From Rhodosorus marinus CCMP1338 (Eukaryota; Plantae; Rhodophyta), in contig JAMWBK010000001.1 in the NCBI GenBank assembly GCA_029953675.1, positions 3,596,001 to 3,660,000 of the forward strand: a DNA stretch of 64,000 nucleotides, in the 5' to 3' direction. The translations under genes and the position numbers were made by a program. Under the pieces are notes generated by a model. It was not told where the DNA came from. It was given only the letters and a program-made list of their open reading frames with translations, and made no database searches. Of the stretch, positions 58,893 through 64,000 are shown one piece after another. Each line of letters opens with the position of its first letter. Position 1 is the first letter of the stretch.

Positions 58893-61800
58893 TCATTCCT
58901 CATCCTCGTCGGCGCCAATCCGCTCTGCATTGTAGACGTTACTCTCCGAGAGAAGATCGCCGATCAGTGCACGACAGGCCGCGAATTTCATGCTTCTCTT
59001 AACTGGATCTTCGTAGCTCATTTCGTCCTTCTCCGAATCGTCAATGTAATCCAACATCTCCTCAGCTCCTCCAAACATGATCGTCGTTTCATCGAAGTCC
59101 CCGTCGATTCCCTTGGCGAGGATCCTTGCCATTGAGCTTGCCTTGGGGTTGAAGCTCGAGGTTCTCTTAACAGGCGTACTGCCACTACTCCGATTCGACT
59201 GCCTCTCCCTATAAAGATCCGTCAACTTGGATCCCTGCCTTTCGATCCTTGACTCAATCGTTGAGATCTCCAGCACCTTACTGGTATCAATGTTCGTGTT
59301 CCGAGAGCGGTCCGGAGTCCTCTGTACTGAAGCAGAAGCTGACCTGTGGCCACGTCCCTTAGTCATGTTATTAATAAGGCGTTCCACTTCAGCGTCCTCC
59401 TTCTCCTGTCGGATCCTTGACTCCTCTTCGGCGGTCAAGGTTCGACCTTCATCATCGTCCCATTCATCTTCATCGTAGTCGTCCTCTTCATCGTCTTCAA
59501 AGTCCTCCTCATAGGGAACCTCCTCAAGCGCATCACCTTCGATCATCTTATCGTCAGGCAAAGGCACTTCATCAAGCTCAGCGCTCTCTGATACAAAGCT
59601 CTGATCGTCGTCCTCCTTCTCACCAAAGATCTCAGCCTCGTCCTCAACAACTTGAGCATTCTCAGCCGCCTCCTTGTCCTCGGGGGGGATCACTGCCGTT
59701 GGTACAGCAGTAGTCTTCTTCACCACAGGTTCCTCGGCCTTGGTAGCTGGTACCTTTGTCACCTGTTTTGGGGTTGAAGGTACTACTTCGGCTTCCTGCA
59801 CGTTGGAGGCGAATCCAGACCTCGAGATCTTAGGAAGGCTCCTCCTGATAAACGCCTTGATCGAGCTGTTCCTTCTAAGGATCCCCAGTCCAGCAGGAGT
59901 AGCAGCTCCTGATGAGGGCCCAGTCTTCTTCTTGTTCCGATCCATCTTGGATACATCTGCAGCTTCCTTCACCGGCGCTTTCGCTTCCTCAAGGACGATT
60001 GCACTCTGTTCGGCTGCCTTGGGCTGTTCCTCAGACTTGTCCTTCGCAGTGTGCTCAGACATCGCCAAGCTTCGGTCCGAAGATTTCGTCTGCTCAGCCT
60101 CCTTTACAGCCTCTAGGTCGGCCGCCTTTGCTGCCTCCTGCTCAGCCGCCTTTGCTGCCTTTAGCTCGGCCGCCTTTGCTGCCTTGTGCTCGGCCGCCTT
60201 TGCTGCCTTTAGCTCGGCCGCCTTTGCTGCCTCTAGCTCGGCCGCCTTTGCTGCCTCTAGCTCGGCCGCCTTTGCTGCCTCTAGCTCGGCCGCCTTTGCT
60301 GCCTCTAGCTCGGCCGCCTTTGCTGCATCTAGCTCAGCGCTAACGGCCTCTTGCTCAGCAACAACGGACGGTGAGAGTATCGCGGGCATTGGTGCCGTGG
60401 ACGCTGCTTTCAGAGCTGCCGATGTGAGCTTCGGCAGAGCGATGGGTGCTGGTGGCTCCGCTGCCGCCGCCAACGTTGTCGTCGTTGGTGGTGTCGTCAG
60501 TGAATGAGAGTCTGAAACGTTCTTGTCTGGATATTCAGAAGGCCGCAGCTCTTCAACGAGTTCCTGCTTTGCAACTTGTGGCGTCTCCCCCGCAGAAGGC
60601 TTTGCCCCATCTGGTTTCTGACCGATGGGCGTCGTCATGAAGCTATTGAACCTCTTCAGAGATTCACGAGGGAGTGGAATACGACTAACCCGCGAGGGTT
60701 CTTCTTCCTCCCCATCTGCCGACATGTCCATCCTGAGCTCGTCCTCGACGGTGGAATTGCGCCTTACAAAGCTCGAGAGCCTTTGAAGGGACTGTCGAGT
60801 AACCACTCGTCCAGTGCTCCTCTCTTCACCATCCTGACTGGTCTCAACAGGATCATCCTCCGGTACCGGTGTCACTGCTACAGTCTCATCCTCCTTCCCG
60901 TTCGTTCTAGCAAAGCTCGACAGCCTCTTCAGCGATGCTCTCACCAGAGTAGCCTTTCCGTTCTGAGCTATCGATGACGATGACAAAGACCTCGGAATAC
61001 CCTCAGAAATGTCATTCATTTCCTGGGTATCCGCAGACGGACTTCCAGTCACATCATCGGCGTCAGAACTCAGCTTCATAAAGCTCGAGAACCTCTTAAA
61101 CGACGGCTTCTGAAGTTGATTTCTTCCAGTTGTCTTATCGATTCCTCCAGCCTCCTGCTGAGGCTGCCGTTGTTGTTGCAGCTGCTGCGAAAGTTGATCA
61201 GATGAAGATTCCCTTTGGTTTGAACCCCTGCTAAGCTGTCCATCAGTCATTGGACTTATGTCTCGATCAGAAAGTCTCGGACTTGTCGTTTCCTGAAATT
61301 CTGAGGCGGCCGAGCCGGTTGTTGCTGCTGTCGCCTTGGACGATCGAGTGGCTTGACTTTGGCTTGATGAAGAGGTCATCGTCTTCACCTGCGGTGATGG
61401 CGGTGTTGATTCGGTCAGGTTGCTCATGTCGCCTTCCGAAGATCTTGGCGTTGTAGTATCCTTGGAAGGCAGCTGACTCGCTGCTGCTGCTGCTCCTGCT
61501 GCTCCTGTCTCAGCCTCTTTGTTACTGTTGAGTCTGACGAAACTCGATAATCGCTTCAAGGATGGTCGTGGAATCTGTACTTTGCCATGGGCGCGATCGT
61601 TGGTTTTGTCTTCATCTGGTAACGGACTGATTGTCGCCTCTGATGATCTCGGGCTGCTGTCTATGGTGACCAACGAGCTTGTCTTCGGGATAGTGGGAGT
61701 TTCGTTCTTGTCGGGATATTCCGATGGGCGAATTGACTCCTTCTCCTGCGCCTTGTCGTTGGATTTCAAAAAGCTCGGGAACCTCCTCAATGAGCTCGTG

Positions 61801-61991
61801 ATTGACATCTTCTTCGTCGGATCGGCTCCTGCTTTCTCCTCCTGAAGAGATCCACTTCTCCCTCGATCAGATGAAAGGATGGGCGGCTGCTGTGTGGTGC
61901 ACTGTGCCGGCCGCTGGCTCATGTCTTTGGTACCAGTCTTCCGTGAGCGTCGACCATTGAATGGACCCGGGCTCGATACTACCTTGAACAT
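58893..61991 (-). CDS. Large low-complexity protein of unknown function (Ser-rich repeats, Ala/Glu/Lys helix repeat, acidic tract)
   Basis: Uninterrupted ORF of over 1000 codons; six S[LF][KRQ]R[LF]xSF motifs; about 9-10 ELEAAKAA units; D/E-rich stretch. First ATG at 61991. Confidence 0.8.
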   Translation of the reverse strand: MFKVVSSPGPFNGRRSRKTGTKDMSQRPAQCTTQQPPILSSDRGRSGSLQEEKAGADPTKKMSITSSLRRFPSFLKSNDKAQEKESIRPSEYPDKNETPTIPKTSSLVTIDSSPRSSEATISPLPDEDKTNDRAHGKVQIPRPSLKRLSSFVRLNSNKEAETGAAGAAAAASQLPSKDTTTPRSSEGDMSNLTESTPPSPQVKTMTSSSSQSQATRSSKATAATTGSAASEFQETTSPRLSDRDISPMTDGQLSRGSNQRESSSDQLSQQLQQQRQPQQEAGGIDKTTGRNQLQKPSFKRFSSFMKLSSDADDVTGSPSADTQEMNDISEGIPRSLSSSSIAQNGKATLVRASLKRLSSFARTNGKEDETVAVTPVPEDDPVETSQDGEERSTGRVVTRQSLQRLSSFVRRNSTVEDELRMDMSADGEEEEPSRVSRIPLPRESLKRFNSFMTTPIGQKPDGAKPSAGETPQVAKQELVEELRPSEYPDKNVSDSHSLTTPPTTTTLAAAAEPPAPIALPKLTSAALKAASTAPMPAILSPSVVAEQEAVSAELDAAKAAELEAAKAAELEAAKAAELEAAKAAELEAAKAAELKAAKAAEHKAAKAAELKAAKAAEQEAAKAADLEAVKEAEQTKSSDRSLAMSEHTAKDKSEEQPKAAEQSAIVLEEAKAPVKEAADVSKMDRNKKKTGPSSGAATPAGLGILRRNSSIKAFIRRSLPKISRSGFASNVQEAEVVPSTPKQVTKVPATKAEEPVVKKTTAVPTAVIPPEDKEAAENAQVVEDEAEIFGEKEDDDQSFVSESAELDEVPLPDDKMIEGDALEEVPYEEDFEDDEEDDYDEDEWDDDEGRTLTAEEESRIRQEKEDAEVERLINNMTKGRGHRSASASVQRTPDRSRNTNIDTSKVLEISTIESRIERQGSKLTDLYRERQSNRSSGSTPVKRTSSFNPKASSMARILAKGIDGDFDETTIMFGGAEEMLDYIDDSEKDEMSYEDPVKRSMKFAACRALIGDLLSESNVYNAERIGADEDEE
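60097..60336 (-). repeat. 24-bp coding tandem repeat (ELEAAKAA)n
   Basis: GCCGCCTTTGCTGCCTCTAGCTCG with period 24 from 60121 to 60336, plus one diverged unit. Confidence 0.97.
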
Positions 61992-64000
61992 AGTACACAA
62001 GTCTATCAAGGGACAAACTCCCTCTCCTTACGCTTTCTACTTCTTCTCCAAGTCCCGATCAACTCAGGACCCCATATACCCCAGACTCCAACAGGGTTTC
62101 CTAGTTTGTACCTCTCCTCCTCACGCTACGAACAGTGAGTCTCTCTCTCCGTCCCAGGTAAACCCGTCTACCTCCCCGTTTCTCCGTTCCTTGCTCCCCC
62201 AAGTCCTCCTTCCTTCCTCCAAAGAACGAATACAATGTATATATTTGGTTGCACACTAAAACATATCCAAACATGAAGGCTATATCACCCTAGTAGGGGG
62301 ACTGAAGAACCAATAAGGGCAAATGATTGTTACCAAATTCCACTCTAAGAGGGACTCAAATGCACATCTAATATAATATTATCCCATCCCTTACCCTCTA
62401 ACCAATGCTAAGCCGTCAACGTCTAGACAGACAGCTCAGCTCAACACTCAGATTCATGGTGCAAGCCTTGCAAAAACAAATAAAATTGATAGCTTGCACT
62501 TGGAAGGTACACGTTAAGCATCTTACATTTGCACTCCACTGACTGTATGTCCGACGACCCCTTTGCTGAGAGTATTAGAAGTGATTGCTAGACCTGGAAA
62601 CGGTCATCCTCTGATGCCATATCCTCTTCTCTATTGCTTTTGGACAGAAATTTTTCTTTTGCAATGTTCTTTTAGGTGTCCAGCAAGAATCACTCGGCCG
62701 CCTACTGCAAAGATGTGATATGAGATTTGCAAAATACAAAGGAGGGGTGTGGATAATAGCTTCCATCGATGAACAGGAAGACTGTTAGGACCGAGAACGG
62801 ATTTAGTTACGTTGAGGATGAGTCAATTTTGGAGAAGTGAAGAGCGGGAAAGGGGGGGAAGGGAGGGGTGGGGATGTTGCTGGCTGATGATTTGCCACTT
62901 TCGAAGTACGAATTTACTTGCTGAAACGGGCAAAGTTGTAGGATGGAACTTGGCAAGGGGCTGGCGGGCGGGAAGCTTGTCAGCTTGCGCAGGTGGCAAA
63001 GCAGCCGTCAGCTTCTTTTTTCCCGGGGGCGGGTTATACAAAAACATCCCACCAATCCGTAAATCCATGCCGGATTGGGGTGCTGTTATACTCACCGAGT
63101 ATAACGAAAACCCTAGCAGCTGTTCTCAACTCTTCCACCCAGAGGCAAACGTGAATTTTTTTTGTTTTTCTTGCCCTTTCTGCAGCAAAGCACTCAAGTA
63201 CTCCACCCATCTCATCGCATACTTAGCTTACCACCCCAAAATACAGCCATAGACGTTTCATTCCCAAAATCCCAACCAACCTCACAACAGAAAATACTTC
63301 ACAACCAATCTTCTCCACCCCCCTCCCCTTCCCCTCTCTCTGCCTTTCGCTCATCATTGTTCTAATCCCACTAGTACAATCTCCAAAATCTTGAATTGTG
63401 GTTTAAATTATGACGGAAGTTGATCATAACAGACAGTTGATGATTGGCTGAATAGAGGGGATAGACCATCAATTATAGGAGAAAAAGAAAACGTATTTCC
63501 CTGAATAGACCAATCATCTACAAAATAATATGTGTTTTGCTTAAATTGTTTCGATGGGATAAGGCGGCTAAATTTTCCTGCAACGTCCTCCCACCTGAGA
63601 AATCGTCTGGAGGGAATTTTTTGGACCTGACCGTTGGCCAAACGAAAATAAAAGAATTTCCTGTTTTCTTCGAGGGTGAACGGTAACATTGGTTCTCTCC
63701 TCCCCCTCCAAAAAACGTTGAACATAAACAATGTGGTATTGATTTTCTTCTTCGTTCTTCCCTCCCCCCCTTATAAGAGATAGTCACTAAACGCTAAGTT
63801 ATTATCAATTGAATTCAAAATTCAATAGTCTCAGGTAGGATGTGTACCTATACAGGGGAGAATAATATATTAGATTCTGATCGTTCGCCAAGCAGTTAGG
63901 CAATAGGCGATGATTAAAGGGGGGGAGGGGTGGGGTGGGGAATGGAACTCCCTCGGTAGCACAAAAACAGGTTGATTTATTCCGTAATTTATGAAATAAT

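Noticed and set aside
60097-60336. 24-bp periodic repeat as a CRISPR array
   Set aside because: Units are contiguous with no spacers and are in frame within a long eukaryotic ORF.

Overview
Compact eukaryotic nuclear DNA with short GT-AG introns and about 50% GC in genes. The host is most likely a red alga. This is an inference from plastid transit peptides with an early Phe and no signal peptide (MAAFV- on aldolase, MSSLGFV- on the desaturase, MCQCGFV- on MSH1). Host genes are: FCF1, an unidentified multi-exon gene, a REVEILLE/LCL-type MYB, a plant-type MSH1 (MutS plus GIY-YIG), a TMEM70/186/223-like membrane protein, an ABC1 kinase, plastid class I aldolase, a Bax-inhibitor/LFG protein, two convergent PPR-like genes, separase, an inorganic pyrophosphatase fused to a degenerate FBPase-like domain, plastid omega-6 desaturase, and a long low-complexity repeat protein. 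There are two related Ty3/gypsy LTR retrotransposons. One is 3'-truncated and decayed. The other is a young full-length chromodomain-bearing element with a 5-bp TSD, about 98% identical LTRs and an internal duplication-inversion. The most notable items are the PPase::pseudo-FBPase fusion, MSH1 in an apparent rhodophyte, the hairpin-forming retroelement rearrangement, a -1 frameshift signal bracketed by the two elements, and a small array of structured repeats with tRNA-promoter-like motifs. No CRISPR array, rRNA or intact tRNA gene was recognised. Exon models are by eye and no database search was run.
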